Shown: in pieces, positions 63,663-64,000 of the stretch | Position numbering within the stretch: position 1 is the stretch's first letter | Layout: every line of letters begins with the position of its first letter | Origin: Octopus sinensis | Taxonomy: Eukaryota | Assembly: GCF_006345805.1 (NCBI RefSeq) | Contig: NC_043003.1 | Location: 109,058,001-109,122,000 of the forward strand | DNA length: 64,000 bases | Reading direction: 5' to 3' | Notes under the pieces: generated by a model | Told to the model about the DNA's origin: nothing | Database searches by the model: none | Seen by the model: the letters and a program-made list of their open reading frames with translations, nothing else | Made by a program: the position numbers and the translations under genes

Positions 63663-64000
63663 TATCTTGCCCAGGACATCAATCGTCTGGAAGCTGTTCA
63701 GCGACGTGCAACCAAAAGAATACTCTCCATCAGGCATTTGCCATATCCTGAACGCCTTACTTCCCTGGGCATGGACACATTGAAACTCCGACGTCTGGCA
63801 GCTGACCTGGCAAACACCCATAAAATTATCAACCATCGCACAAACAATAACACTGAGCACCTCTTCAAACTCCACCCATCTAACACCCGTGGACATATTT
63901 ACAAAGTAAGAAAACAGCACAGCTCCCATGACTTCAGGAAACATTTTTTCACGCTGAGAGTTGCTGAAGCATGGAACAAACTGCCGGCATCGGTTGTTAG
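63663..64000 (+). mobile_element. CR1-clade LINE ORF2 C-terminal fragment, running off the window
   Basis: DINRLEAVQRRATK..LPYPERL..L..LRR..DL...KI...TRGH..K...FF..RV..AWNKLP, with no stop in this frame. Confidence 0.85.

Overview
This is AT-rich, repeat-dense, animal-type nuclear DNA. The SINE families, RTE/CR1 LINE relics and microsatellite load look like octopus/coleoid cephalopod DNA, which is an inference from recalled repeat families, not a search result. No host protein-coding gene can be supported, and most ORF-track entries are microsatellite or SINE artefacts. The window is a transposon graveyard. It holds several tRNA-derived SINE families, Tc1/mariner and pogo relics, MITEs (pogo-like, Merlin-like with telomeric repeats, hAT-like), Helitrons, and LINE fragments (Penelope-like, Tx1/L1, R4-like, RTE, CR1). 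Less obvious features are: about nine minimal type I hammerhead-ribozyme motifs read by eye on both strands, three of them sharing a CCGAAGA core variant; a Tx1 LINE with a ~200-bp fold-back palindrome sitting in a (TCTA)n tract; an intron-containing Tc1 transposase; and a decayed 18S rRNA fragment. Coordinates were counted by hand and may be off by a few bases.
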